Positions 1-10,200 of a DNA stretch of 64,000 nt are shown here, one piece after another. Origin of the DNA: Ignavibacteriales bacterium (GTDB lineage Bacteria > Bacteroidota > Ignavibacteria > UBA10030 > UBA6906); the NCBI GenBank assembly GCA_037441705.1, contig JBBIRR010000001.1:128001-192000 (forward strand). Reading direction: 5' to 3'. Within the stretch, counting starts at the first letter, position 1; each line of letters starts with the position of its first letter. A model generated the notes under the pieces. The model saw only the letters and a program-made list of their open reading frames with translations, had not been told where the DNA came from and ran no database searches. Both the position numbers and the translations under genes were made by a program.

Positions 1-592
1 CGAAAATCAGCGCGCGCAGCGGATGGGAAGGATCGCCCTGAGGCGGAGGAATGCGGTGAACGACGGCTTCAAGAATCTCTTCGATCCCGATGTTGGCCTT
101 TGCACTGGCAAGAATGATCTCCTCGTCCCGGCATCCGATCAGTTCCCGTAACTGCTGCTTTACCGTGTCAATCATCGCACTCGGCAAATCAATTTTGTTA
201 ATCACCGGGATGATTTCCAGTCCGGCATCGAGCGCAAGATAGAGATTGCTGATCGTCTGCGCTTCTACACCTTGCGACGCATCAACCACGAGCAACGCGC
301 CCTCGCATGCGGCGAGCGAGCGCGACACCTCGTAGGAAAAATCCACGTGCCCCGGCGTGTCGATCAGATTCAGGGTATAGTCCCGTCCGTCGCGCGCCCT
401 GTAGGTCATCTGCACGGCATGCAGCTTGATGGTGATGCCCCGCTCCTGTTCCAGGTCCATATCATCCAACACCTGATTGAACTTCATTTCGCGAGGCGTA
501 ATCGTACCCGTGCGTTCCAGCAGGCGGTCGGCAATCGTCGATTTGCCGTGATCGATATGGGCAATGATGCAGAAGTTGCGAATCTGATTCAT
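1..592 (-). CDS. lepA: Translation elongation factor 4 (LepA), 5' part; runs off the window edge
   Basis: Minus-strand translation from ATG at 592 gives [26 protein letters not shown]...[11 protein letters not shown]...[10 protein letters not shown]...NKID. It is absent from the ORF track because it is truncated. Confidence 0.97.
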   Translation of the reverse strand, partial: MNQIRNFCIIAHIDHGKSTIADRLLERTGTITPREMKFNQVLDDMDLEQERGITIKLHAVQMTYRARDGRDYTLNLIDTPGHVDFSYEVSRSLAACEGALLVVDASQGVEAQTISNLYLALDAGLEIIPVINKIDLPSAMIDTVKQQLRELIGCRDEEIILASAKANIGIEEILEAVVHRIPPPQGDPSHPLRALIF

Positions 593-678
593 CGGGCAGC
601 ACAAACTCTAATAACAGAAAAGTCCGATTCCGAACCGAGGGTCTCGGGACGGACGGACTTGGGTCAGAGTTCCGCAAC

Positions 679-707
679 AATATATACTTTTGGGGTGCGA
701 GTTGCAA
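679..707 (-). promoter_or_regulatory. Candidate sigma70 promoter of lepA
   Basis: TTGCAA-17 nt-TATATT on the minus strand, about 90 nt upstream of lepA. Confidence 0.65.
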
Positions 708-747
708 CGCGCCGGGGAGTTCCCTGGCACGACCCAACCGGGCGCGT

Positions 748-2679
748 TCAACGGATCAGGAGAAGTCTTCTGGTGTGTACAAACCCACCCGCGCGCAGAC
801 GATAGAAGTACGTTCCGCTCGCAAGCCCCGCGGCATCGAACCTTACTTCATACCTTCCGGGCTTTAGGTCTTCATGCACCAGCGTTGCGACCTCTCGTCC
901 CAACACATCATACACTGCAAGCAGCACGAATCCGGACGCGGCAATCGTGAAGCGAATGCGGGTGGTCGGGTTGAAAGGATTCGGAGAGTTCTGCTCCAGC
1001 GCATACGTTGACGGCGCGCCGTCCGATTCGGCGGTGCCGGTTTGATTTGATCTCGTCAACACGACGGTGATGTTGGAGAGATAGTACGTGTTGGGAGGAA
1101 TTGTGATCGGAACAACCTGAGGCGTGAACGGCTCCTGATCCACAACCATCGTCACATCGCCGAACGGCAGCGCTTCGACGCTATAGCTTCCAGACGCCGT
1201 GCTGATGGCGCTGCCGACAACCGCTCCGCTCGCATCGCGGACGAGAATCCGACCGCCCACAAGAGGTTCACTCGTGGAAGAGAGCGCAACACCGCTGACG
1301 GTTGTCAGGCCGTTGCTCTCGATCGCAAGCACACCCACAGCAGCCTCCGCTCTTCCAGTAGCAACAACCACACTATCCGCAAGCTGCCACTGGGCGACGC
1401 CGTACTGACCTTCCCTGTAAAAGGCAGGAGCGTAATTACTGAAGGGGACAGCGAGCACTGCATAGGTTCCGCTTGCGACGTTGTTGAATGTGTACTCACC
1501 GTCGGCTCCGGAGTGCACAACCTGCGTTGGTGGCTGGCCGTGAGGCGGACGGGGAAAGAGAATCACTCGCGAAGGCGCAGGCTGACCCGTGGAGTCACGA
1601 ACCGCACCTTCAATGGAGCCTGGGTAAGCTGGCGCAGGACGGAGGAAAAAGTTCACCCCCGATGTGTCGGCGTTTGCGCTCAGGATCGCGGCGCGTGTGG
1701 GATCGAAAGTCTGGTTAAAGTATTGAAGGAGATAGCCGGCTTTCCCTGCAGCGACAATGTATGAGCCGTTTTGTGGAACGCTGGCCCGAAAGCGTCCCTG
1801 GGAGTCGGTCGCTCCGCTCCAGATTACACCCCGCGTGTACCCGATACCGGAAAGCTGCCGCGCTTCCGAACCGAGGCCCGGGATCGTTCCGGTGGTTGCC
1901 GCCAACCTATACATCTCTTGAATTGATCGCATCACCGCCACCGTAGCGTTCGGGATGAGCTGCCCCTGCTCGCTGCGCACCACTCCATTGATCGAAACAT
2001 AGCGCATGATCGTCACGCGCTGCAAGCCGAAGTGCACCGTGCTGACGGCGCCGCTGCTGACCGTCACCGGCGTTGCGGCGGACGGCTCGGAGGCATTTTC
2101 AAACCACTCCGGCCGATATTGTATCGTGCCGATCGGCTCGCAGGGCGGCTCGGCTTTGATCAGATAGCGCCCCGTGTCCACCGCGGCCTCATACATGCCG
2201 AGCGAGTCGGTAACGTCATATTGATTCGTCCACATGGCGCCGACACGGAAGAAACGAACGCGCACAGAGCGAATCGGTGCGCCGGTCGAATCGTCCACGA
2301 CCGTTCCTCGTATCGTTCCACGCATGCCGCCGGAGGGACCGAGCACGGCAACCGCAATCGCACTGCGCGGACCTTCCGCCGCTGTGGAATCCGCCCACGC
2401 AACCGCCCGGAGGTAGTAATGGTATGTTCGGCCTCCCATCACGCCATGATCGTCAAACGATCTGCCCATCACTTGAGCGATGCGCGTGAAGTGCAGTGTA
2501 TCGTTGACGGAACGATACAGATTGCAGTACCACGTTCCGGGTGCGGTCTGCCACGAAATTTCAATGCGGGGATGATTGCCGGGGAACGCTTGCGCTGTGA
2601 CTTGAGAAGGAGGGGCTTGCGCATACAGCATCGCAACCGCGCTCAGATGCAGAAGGAAGAGTTTCAGAAACGTGTTCAT
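748..2679 (-). CDS. Secreted protein: FN3-like domain, several carboxypeptidase-regulatory-like (prealbumin-fold) domains, T9SS-type C-terminal domain
   Basis: Signal peptide; YNLYRS-like/YHYYLRAV FN3 motifs; repeated G.I.G.V.D...TD..G.Y units; C-terminal ALEQNSPNPFNPTT...LASGTYFYRL. Confidence 0.85.
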   Translation of the reverse strand: MNTFLKLFLLHLSAVAMLYAQAPPSQVTAQAFPGNHPRIEISWQTAPGTWYCNLYRSVNDTLHFTRIAQVMGRSFDDHGVMGGRTYHYYLRAVAWADSTAAEGPRSAIAVAVLGPSGGMRGTIRGTVVDDSTGAPIRSVRVRFFRVGAMWTNQYDVTDSLGMYEAAVDTGRYLIKAEPPCEPIGTIQYRPEWFENASEPSAATPVTVSSGAVSTVHFGLQRVTIMRYVSINGVVRSEQGQLIPNATVAVMRSIQEMYRLAATTGTIPGLGSEARQLSGIGYTRGVIWSGATDSQGRFRASVPQNGSYIVAAGKAGYLLQYFNQTFDPTRAAILSANADTSGVNFFLRPAPAYPGSIEGAVRDSTGQPAPSRVILFPRPPHGQPPTQVVHSGADGEYTFNNVASGTYAVLAVPFSNYAPAFYREGQYGVAQWQLADSVVVATGRAEAAVGVLAIESNGLTTVSGVALSSTSEPLVGGRILVRDASGAVVGSAISTASGSYSVEALPFGDVTMVVDQEPFTPQVVPITIPPNTYYLSNITVVLTRSNQTGTAESDGAPSTYALEQNSPNPFNPTTRIRFTIAASGFVLLAVYDVLGREVATLVHEDLKPGRYEVRFDAAGLASGTYFYRLRAGGFVHTRRLLLIR

Positions 2680-2829
2680 GCGCGTTGCTTTCGGGACATT
2701 GAACTCGCGGGAAACGGCATACGCAATCTACACCTTTTCTCCATAAGAATAAACCACAACCCAGCCCCCCGGAGTCGCTCTCCCTCCAGAAGGCTGGGCG
2801 TGATCGAAGAGTTCTCGCTCTCGCGTGAG

Positions 2830-4797
2830 TTACTTGAGAAGCAACATCTTCCGTACGGAGGAGAACTCTTTTCCCCCTTCCGTTGCTGTTGCATGCAGTT
2901 TGTAGAAGTACAAACCGCTTGCCGCAGGACGCCCGTTCGCGTCCACGCCGTTCCACACAACATTGTATGTGCCCGCAGCCTGAGCCGGATTATTCACCAG
3001 CGTTGCTATTTCCTGACCCAGCACGTTGAAGACCTGCAACCGTACGTTGCTTGTAACGGGCAGAGTGAAGGCAATAGCGGTGCTCGGGTTAAAGGGATTG
3101 GGATAGTTCTGACTCAGCGAATACTGATCGGGAACCGTTGATGGGCCGCCGGCAGAGGTTGGACCATCCGGCGTCAGCGTCATGTTCACATTGTCCAACG
3201 TATAGGTGTTGGGGCTGATGGAGACGAGAGTTTGTGCCGAACGATAGCCCTCACGGTCCGCAACAACCGTGACGCTGCCCGCCGCGACCGCATAGATATC
3301 GTATGACCCGTTCCTATCGGTCACGCCGATGCCGAGCAGCTCACCCGTGCTGCTGAATGCCGCCAGGCGAACACCGCCGAGCGCAAGAGATGTGTTCGTC
3401 CGAATCGTGCCGCGAACGCGCGCAAGGCCGTTACCGGTAATCGGTCGAACACCCACATCAATGCCCGTAACGTTGCCGCTGACTTCAACCGTATCGGCAT
3501 CCTGAATGCGCGTGACGCCGTAAGCGCCTGCTTTGTAGAACGCAGGTCCGTAGCCGCTGTAGGGGCGAGCAAACACGAAGTATCTGCCGGCTTCAACGCC
3601 GGTAATCGTGTACGCGCCGAGGGAATCCGTATGCACATAACGGAGATGCGTCCCAGGATGACGGATGGGAATCAGCGTGATACGCGAGGGCACCCTCGTG
3701 CCCAGCGAATCCTTTACGACGCCGCTGATGCTGTTGTTCGGGATGGGCCGCACCGCCAGCGAGAAGTCGATCCCGGATGTATCTCGCGTGCCCAAGACGA
3801 TGATATCTGCAAGCTCGGGGGTCGGCTTGTTATCGAAATACTCGGGCAGGTAGCCGGGCTTCGAGGCCATCGCAATGTAACTATTGTTGCCGACAACACG
3901 GATGCGGTACCGGCCAAGCGAGTCGGTATAGCCGGTACTCACAACGCCGCGCGTATGCCCGATGCCGTCAAGCTCCATCGCTTCTTCTCCGATGCCCGGC
4001 GTCAGTCCCAGCGATGCAAGGTAGTTCATCTCCTGCAGCGTTCTGATGATCGCGACGCGGGCGTGTCGCAATGGATTGTTGGCCGTGTCGGTCACCACAC
4101 CGCTGACGTAGACGAACACCGGCGGCACCAATCGGGCCAGCCCCATATCAGCAACGAACACGGAGCTTTCAGCAACCGCAATCACGGTTGCGCACGAAGG
4201 CTCGTAGCAATTGTTGTAATATTCGGGCCGATAGCGCGGCAGCGATGCCGAGCACATCGGGTTGGCGCGCAGGATATACCGACCGGTGTCCAGCAACGCA
4301 GAATAGCGACCCAAGGAATCAGTCCACACGCCGACGTTCGACCAATGCGTGTTGGTAAGACGATAGAACGACATCAGCACGCGCGGAATGGGAAGCCCGG
4401 TCGAATCGTCGGTCACAACGCCGCGCACGATCCCCTTCGGTCGAGGCGGTGGACCCGTTACCAGAATATCTACAACATTGCTGCGAGGGCTTTCGTTGTT
4501 GCCCGCAACGGCCTTCACAAAATAGTAATACCGCGTCCCCACAACGACGCCATGATCAACGAACGAGCGTCCGTTGACCATGCCAAGCGATTGGAAATTC
4601 GACGTGTCGTTTGCCGAACGGTACACGCGGAACGACGCCATCGTTTGCGGGTAATCCCACATCAGTTTCACAGCCGGTTGTGTGCTTCCGGAAAAAATGA
4701 GTTCAGCTCTCAGGTTCGTCGGCGGCGGAAGTGTTTGAGCAAACACTCCTGCGATCAACGCCACACACAGAGAGCCTACCAGCAGCAATCGAGTCAT
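2830..4797 (-). CDS. Secreted paralog of 748..2679 (FN3, carboxypeptidase-regulatory-like repeats, T9SS/FlgD-type CTD)
   Basis: Same domain order as 748..2679; LSQNYPNPFNPS. Start moved to ATG 4797 (MTRLLLVG...), which has a GAGGGG RBS and a signal peptide. Confidence 0.85.
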   Translation of the reverse strand: MTRLLLVGSLCVALIAGVFAQTLPPPTNLRAELIFSGSTQPAVKLMWDYPQTMASFRVYRSANDTSNFQSLGMVNGRSFVDHGVVVGTRYYYFVKAVAGNNESPRSNVVDILVTGPPPRPKGIVRGVVTDDSTGLPIPRVLMSFYRLTNTHWSNVGVWTDSLGRYSALLDTGRYILRANPMCSASLPRYRPEYYNNCYEPSCATVIAVAESSVFVADMGLARLVPPVFVYVSGVVTDTANNPLRHARVAIIRTLQEMNYLASLGLTPGIGEEAMELDGIGHTRGVVSTGYTDSLGRYRIRVVGNNSYIAMASKPGYLPEYFDNKPTPELADIIVLGTRDTSGIDFSLAVRPIPNNSISGVVKDSLGTRVPSRITLIPIRHPGTHLRYVHTDSLGAYTITGVEAGRYFVFARPYSGYGPAFYKAGAYGVTRIQDADTVEVSGNVTGIDVGVRPITGNGLARVRGTIRTNTSLALGGVRLAAFSSTGELLGIGVTDRNGSYDIYAVAAGSVTVVADREGYRSAQTLVSISPNTYTLDNVNMTLTPDGPTSAGGPSTVPDQYSLSQNYPNPFNPSTAIAFTLPVTSNVRLQVFNVLGQEIATLVNNPAQAAGTYNVVWNGVDANGRPAASGLYFYKLHATATEGGKEFSSVRKMLLLK

Positions 4798-4894
4798 AGA
4801 TGACCCCCTCGTTAGTTTGATGGTTGATTGTAGTGAGCTATTGAGATTCATGTTTGTTCATTACCAATATCTCTTTTCACCCCCTCTTCCTCAA

Positions 4895-4910
4895 TACCAT
4901 AAATATGGTA
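4895..4910. promoter_or_regulatory. Palindrome TACCAT-AAAT-ATGGTA, candidate NarL/LuxR-type regulator site
   Basis: Perfect 6-4-6 inverted repeat in the AT-rich gap between the response regulator and the secreted paralogs. Confidence 0.55.
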
Positions 4911-4998
4911 ATTTGCAAGGCGGGTATCCGACGAATTACCAACAGGTTAGCCAAAGAACGGAATCGCAGCGGCCTCCCCAACGTTCGAAGAAATTCTC

Positions 4999-5652
4999 TC
5001 AGCCGAACAGCCTGTACTTGAGCGCCTTCGAGACGGCGGCCGACTTGGAATGGACTTGCAGTTTCTCGTACACGCGTTTGATGTGAGACTGGACGGTAAG
5101 CGGACTGATATACAACTTCTCGGCGATGCGTTTGTAGCTGTAGCCTTCAACGAGCCACTGGAGAATATCCAGCTCGCGCGGAGTCAGATTCATCTGCGTG
5201 GAAGGCGGAGCTTCCTTGTCTCTGACCATGGAGAGCAGCCGCCGCGCAATTGACGCACTCATCGGCGCACCGATGCGGATCTCTTTGATCGCGCGTATCA
5301 ACTCCGCCGATTCGGCATTCTTCAACACATATCCCGACGCGCCGGCGCAGATGGACTGAAAAATCTTGTCATCGTCATCGTACACGGTGTGCATCAGGAC
5401 GTCAACCGTCGGGAACCGACTCTTCACCACTTTCACGCCTTCGATGCCGCTCATTCCCGGCAATCCAATATCCATCAGCAGGACGTCGGGAACATTCTGC
5501 GGCAGCTCTTTCAACGCACTCTCCACAGAGTTGTACGCGCCGATGCATTTCAGTCCCGGCGTCCCATTGATGATATCAACGATCGTGTCACGGATGCGGC
5601 CTCGGTCTTCCACCACCGCGACACGAATCGTGGCTTCCTCGCGCTTCGCCAT
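4999..5652 (-). CDS. NarL/FixJ-family response regulator (REC + LuxR HTH)
   Basis: VAVVED...DVLLMDIGLPGMSG...GYVLK; LTPRE...GYSYKRIAEKLYISPLTVQSHIKRVYEKL. Confidence 0.95.
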   Translation of the reverse strand: MAKREEATIRVAVVEDRGRIRDTIVDIINGTPGLKCIGAYNSVESALKELPQNVPDVLLMDIGLPGMSGIEGVKVVKSRFPTVDVLMHTVYDDDDKIFQSICAGASGYVLKNAESAELIRAIKEIRIGAPMSASIARRLLSMVRDKEAPPSTQMNLTPRELDILQWLVEGYSYKRIAEKLYISPLTVQSHIKRVYEKLQVHSKSAAVSKALKYRLFG

Positions 5653-5656
5653 AAAA

Positions 5657-7189
5657 TTACTTCAGCAGAAGAAGTTTTCGCGAAAGCACCACACTCGCCT
5701 CGCGCCCACCGGCAGGGAGCGCAGCCACGCGGCAGATGTACATCCCACTGGCCAGCCCCGACCCGTCCACCGTTACGGCGTGATACCCTGCGGACAGGAG
5801 AGCATCCATCACGGTCATCACCTCATGACCGACGAGGTCATACACCTTCACGCTGACGCGCGCGGTGGAAGGCAACCCAACGCGCAGCGTCGTGCTGGGA
5901 TTGAACGGATTAGGGTAGTTTTGCGACAACGTGAACGCCGTTGGAATCCCTCCGCCCTCGTCGCCCACACTCACCGGCGGGCGCGGTTTGTACAGATTGA
6001 TATACTGAAAGCTCGACGCCGCTTGAATCGTTCGAACGAGATTTCCGGTCGTGGAATCAATCTCATGAAGGCCGGCAGAATTCGTTGTGAGAAAGTTTCC
6101 ATTCGGGAGCTGGTACACGCCGCGGTTGCCCGTCACTCCTGCCAGCAGTCTGAGGAACGTCCCATCTGCCGTATACAGACGAATACCGGTCGAGCCGGTT
6201 CCGGAGAAATTCGCGACCGCAATTCTGCCATCCGCCATCCGGAAGATTTGCTGCGGAAAGCTCGAGATCGATGCCCATTGAGCAAGATAGTTTCCGTTCA
6301 GGTCATAGCTCTTCACGCCGGTGGGCGAGCTGGATTGCGAGATGAGAATGTCATTTTCGCGAATGAGAATGGCGAACGGGCTGTTCAATCCACCCACCCC
6401 CTGGCCGATGAAGTTGCCGAGGTAGTTGCCTCCCGTATCGAACTCCGCTATCGTATTGCTGTTGGTGCCGCTGGCAACCGTGACGAGGAGGTTGTTGTTC
6501 GGACGATACGCGTGCCCGCGAATGTTGTCGAGGATCGCGTTGTTGACGCCGCCAGAAGGCGCAAACCAACCAAGCCACGTGCCGTTGGATGGATCGAATT
6601 TTTGCACAAGGTCGCGAATCTGATCGGAGACGGTAACGAAGTTGTGCACAGGATGCAGCATTGCTTCCTTCGGGCTATCGAGTGCGGTGTTGTTTGAACG
6701 GATAAAAGCGGTGTCCACCAGATCTCCCGTCGCGGGATTGAATGCCCAGACACGGTCGGCGGTCCAATCCGGCACCAACAGCAGGCTGTCGTTGTCAAAA
6801 GGGCGCCGCGTCGAGCGCGCGTCGTCCCTTCTCGATTCCTGCGTGTTGCCAAAGGTCATCCTCACGGCGGTGCGAAGGTCATAGCGCCGGGCGATCTCTT
6901 CATAACGCGCCGTAAAGCCGCCATCGAATGGGTGCCGAAGATTGGTAATGACGGCATACACCGGTTGATTGTCCTCAACGACTACGGGATACATCAGCAC
7001 ATCCGAAGGAAGGTAGATGCTCGTGGGCAGATTGCGCTCGCGCGCGAGGCGATTCGCTTCCCGAAAGAGCGACGGGTCCTGCTCAACCCGCACAAGCACA
7101 TCCTCCAAACTGGATGGCCCGAGCGATTGACTGAACGACGGCATGAGCAAAAGAGATGTGAGCAGGACGATGGTAGAGATTCGAATCAT
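5657..7189 (-). CDS. Secreted beta-propeller (NHL/Vgb-like) protein with T9SS-type CTD
   Basis: Signal peptide; repeated 'FD..G.YLG.F'-type blades; LSQNYPNPFNPS...LASGMY. Confidence 0.75.
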   Translation of the reverse strand: MIRISTIVLLTSLLLMPSFSQSLGPSSLEDVLVRVEQDPSLFREANRLARERNLPTSIYLPSDVLMYPVVVEDNQPVYAVITNLRHPFDGGFTARYEEIARRYDLRTAVRMTFGNTQESRRDDARSTRRPFDNDSLLLVPDWTADRVWAFNPATGDLVDTAFIRSNNTALDSPKEAMLHPVHNFVTVSDQIRDLVQKFDPSNGTWLGWFAPSGGVNNAILDNIRGHAYRPNNNLLVTVASGTNSNTIAEFDTGGNYLGNFIGQGVGGLNSPFAILIRENDILISQSSSPTGVKSYDLNGNYLAQWASISSFPQQIFRMADGRIAVANFSGTGSTGIRLYTADGTFLRLLAGVTGNRGVYQLPNGNFLTTNSAGLHEIDSTTGNLVRTIQAASSFQYINLYKPRPPVSVGDEGGGIPTAFTLSQNYPNPFNPSTTLRVGLPSTARVSVKVYDLVGHEVMTVMDALLSAGYHAVTVDGSGLASGMYICRVAALPAGGREASVVLSRKLLLLK

Positions 7190-7269
7190 GACAGATCTCC
7201 CTTTATGATTGTGGATTGACGTTGTTCGGCGCCTTTGTCCCGTGCTGGAATATACACAATCATCTATCT

Positions 7270-10200
7270 TTACGGTATCCTTGCTTTCAGTTTCACGGTT
7301 GTCCCTTTACCCGGCGAGGACGTCAGCACAAGCTCACCGTCGAGCGATTCTGCGCGCTTCCTCATGTTGCTCAACCCATTTCCTTCGGATACATGGGCAA
7401 CATCGAACCCTTTGCCGTCATCAACGATCGTCATCACCAGCGCCCGCCCCTCCTGCCGGATGGTGAGCAACACTCTCGACGCGTGGGCGTGGCGGATGAT
7501 GTTGTTCACCGCTTCTTTGAAGATGAGGTAGAATCGTCGCCGAAATCCCAGCGGAAGCCGCAAATGCGAGAGCGCTTCGGGGATGTCGATCTCATAATTG
7601 ATGCCTTTGGCGTCCAGCATCCTTGCCGCATGCGTCTTCATGCGGAGGAGGAGGAATTCAAACGAATCGTTTTTTGGATCGACGGCCCACACGATGTCGT
7701 TCATTGCGTCGATGAGTCCGCGCGAGGTCGAGCCGATATCTTCCAGCAGCGCTTCGACACGCGCAATGCCCGCATCACCCTTGTGCACGCCTTTCGCCCG
7801 CAGTTCGCGCAAACCGACATCGCTGTACAGAGCGATCTCCGTGAGCGTCGAGCCGATGTCGTCGTGCAGGTCGGTCGCAATCGAGGAGCGGATGCGCTCG
7901 ATCTCCAACAGCTTGTTGACGCGATAGCGGTACATGGCGTAGAGCAGCCCGATGAGCACGACGGCGGCGAGCATGCGGAACCACCATGTGCGCCAGTACG
8001 GCGGCGTAATGGTGATGGTCAGGGCAACGCCGTGTTCGTTCCACACACCGTCGTTGTTCGATCCTTTCACGCGCAGCACATACTCCCCCGGATCGAGATT
8101 GGTGTAGCCGGCATAGCGCCGCGAGGCGGATGCAACAATCCAATCGCGATCCAATCCTTCCAGCTTGTAGAGGTAGCGGTTCTTTTCGGGCGAGATGAAG
8201 TTCAACGCGACAAATTCGAAGGAGAAGAAATTCTCATTATGCGACAGCGTGATGTGCGTTGTGGCAGCAAGGGCTTTCGGGAGACGGAGCGGAGTATCGA
8301 ACACCCGGAAGCTGGTGAGATAGACCGGCGGCACATAGTCATTGTCCCGGATGCTGTCGGGAAAGAAGGCGTTGAAGCCGTTCAGCCCGCCGAAGAACAA
8401 CTCCCCGCGCGCGCTTCGGAAGTGCGCCCCTTGATTGAACTCGTTGCCCTGCAGCCCGTCCTTCACATCGTAGTTGCGAAACACACCTGTTGCAGGCGTG
8501 AACTTCGAAATGCCCTTGTTGGTGCTGAGCCAGAGGTTACCGCGATCGTCAGGCAGAATGCCGTACACAACGTCATTCGGAAGGCCGTCTCGCTGCGTGT
8601 AGTACGTGAATGTTCCCTCCGAAGGGTGAAAACGATTCAACCCACCGCCGTACGTTCCAATCCACAACACTCCTGCATCATCCTGATAGATCGACAGCAC
8701 GGTGTTGTTGTTCAGTCCGGCATTGGGAGTGGCTGAAGGAAGATAACGAACAAACGAATCCTTCTCGTGGACGTAGCGGTGCAGGCCGCCTCCCAGCGAG
8801 CCGATCCAGATCGTGCCCCGCCGATCTTCGTAGATGCACATGATGGATGTGCCTGCGAGCGCTGCGGGACTGTCTTCGTCGGACGGATAATGAATAATCG
8901 TGTTGGTACGGAGGTCTAAGCGGTCAATACTTCCCCCATTGTTGCCGATCCAGAGATTGCCACGACGATCCGCCAGCAGCGCGGTAATCTCGTCGTGACT
9001 GAGACCGGTGCGCGTTCCGGGTCTGCGTCGGTAGTGGGTAAACGTCCCCGAGGCGCGATCAAAACGATTCAGCCCGCCGCCTTCCGTTCCAATCCAGATG
9101 CTGCCATCGGCCGTTTCGCAAAGTGAGAGAACATTGTTGTGGCTGAGACTGCGGGGACGCGCTGGGTTGTGTTTGTAGTTCACGACCTTCTGGCGCGAGC
9201 GATCGAATCTGTTCAATCCGCTGCCGTATGTGCCAATCCACAATTCCCCGCGCGCATCTTCGAGGATCGCCCAGACGTCGTTGCCGTGCATGTCGTTGGG
9301 ATTGTTGAGCGCATCGCGATAGTGCCGGAACCGATCGCGTCGCCAATCCACCATATTCACGCCGCCTGCACCCGTGCCGATCCACATCGTGCCTGCACGG
9401 TCTTCACACAGTGCGCTCACGATATTATTGTTGAGTGAATTGGGATTGTGGGGATCGTGCGTATACCGCACAAAACTGTCGGTAGACGGCATGTACAGAC
9501 ACAGGCCTGCATCGCCCGTTCCCACCCAGAGAATTCCCCGCGCATCCTCCTCAATCGAAAGGATGAGATTGCTGGCGATACTGTTCGGATCGGCGGAATC
9601 ATGCGTGTAGTGACGGAACGATTGCGTGCGCCTATCGAAGCGATCAAGCCCGGCGCCCCACGTTCCAACCCACAATGTTCCTGCATGGTCAACATACACT
9701 ACCCGAATGTTATCGCCGCCCAGGCTCCGGGGATCGGACGGGTTGTGCGTGTAGCGTTGGAACCGCGCCGCCGGGTCCTTCAGGCTCATCCTGCACAGCC
9801 CGCGCCAGGTTGCCACCCAGAGATTGTGCTGCGCGTCTTCGCAGATCGACCAGACGGTATTGTTGCTCAGGCTCAGCGTATCGTTCGCATCGTAGCGATA
9901 GCGCGTGAAGCGGTTCGTGCGGCGGTCGTATCTGTTCAGTCCGTTGTTCAGCGTGCCCAGCCAGATGGTTTGCTCCGAATCTTCGAACAGCGAGGTCACG
10001 TTGTTCTCGCTGATGGTCGTCGGATCACGCGGGTTGTGCATGTGGTGAACAAACCGATTCTCCGAAAGAATGAATCGTTCTGCGCCGCCGCGCAGCGTCC
10101 CGACCCAGAGGTCTCCGCGCGAATCGCTCAACAAACACCAGATGCTGTTGTCGGCAATCGTGTTCGTGTCGCTGATGCTGTGCTTGAAGACCGTAATCGA

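Noticed and set aside
272-805. 177-aa plus-strand ORF
   Set aside because: It is the antisense shadow of lepA.
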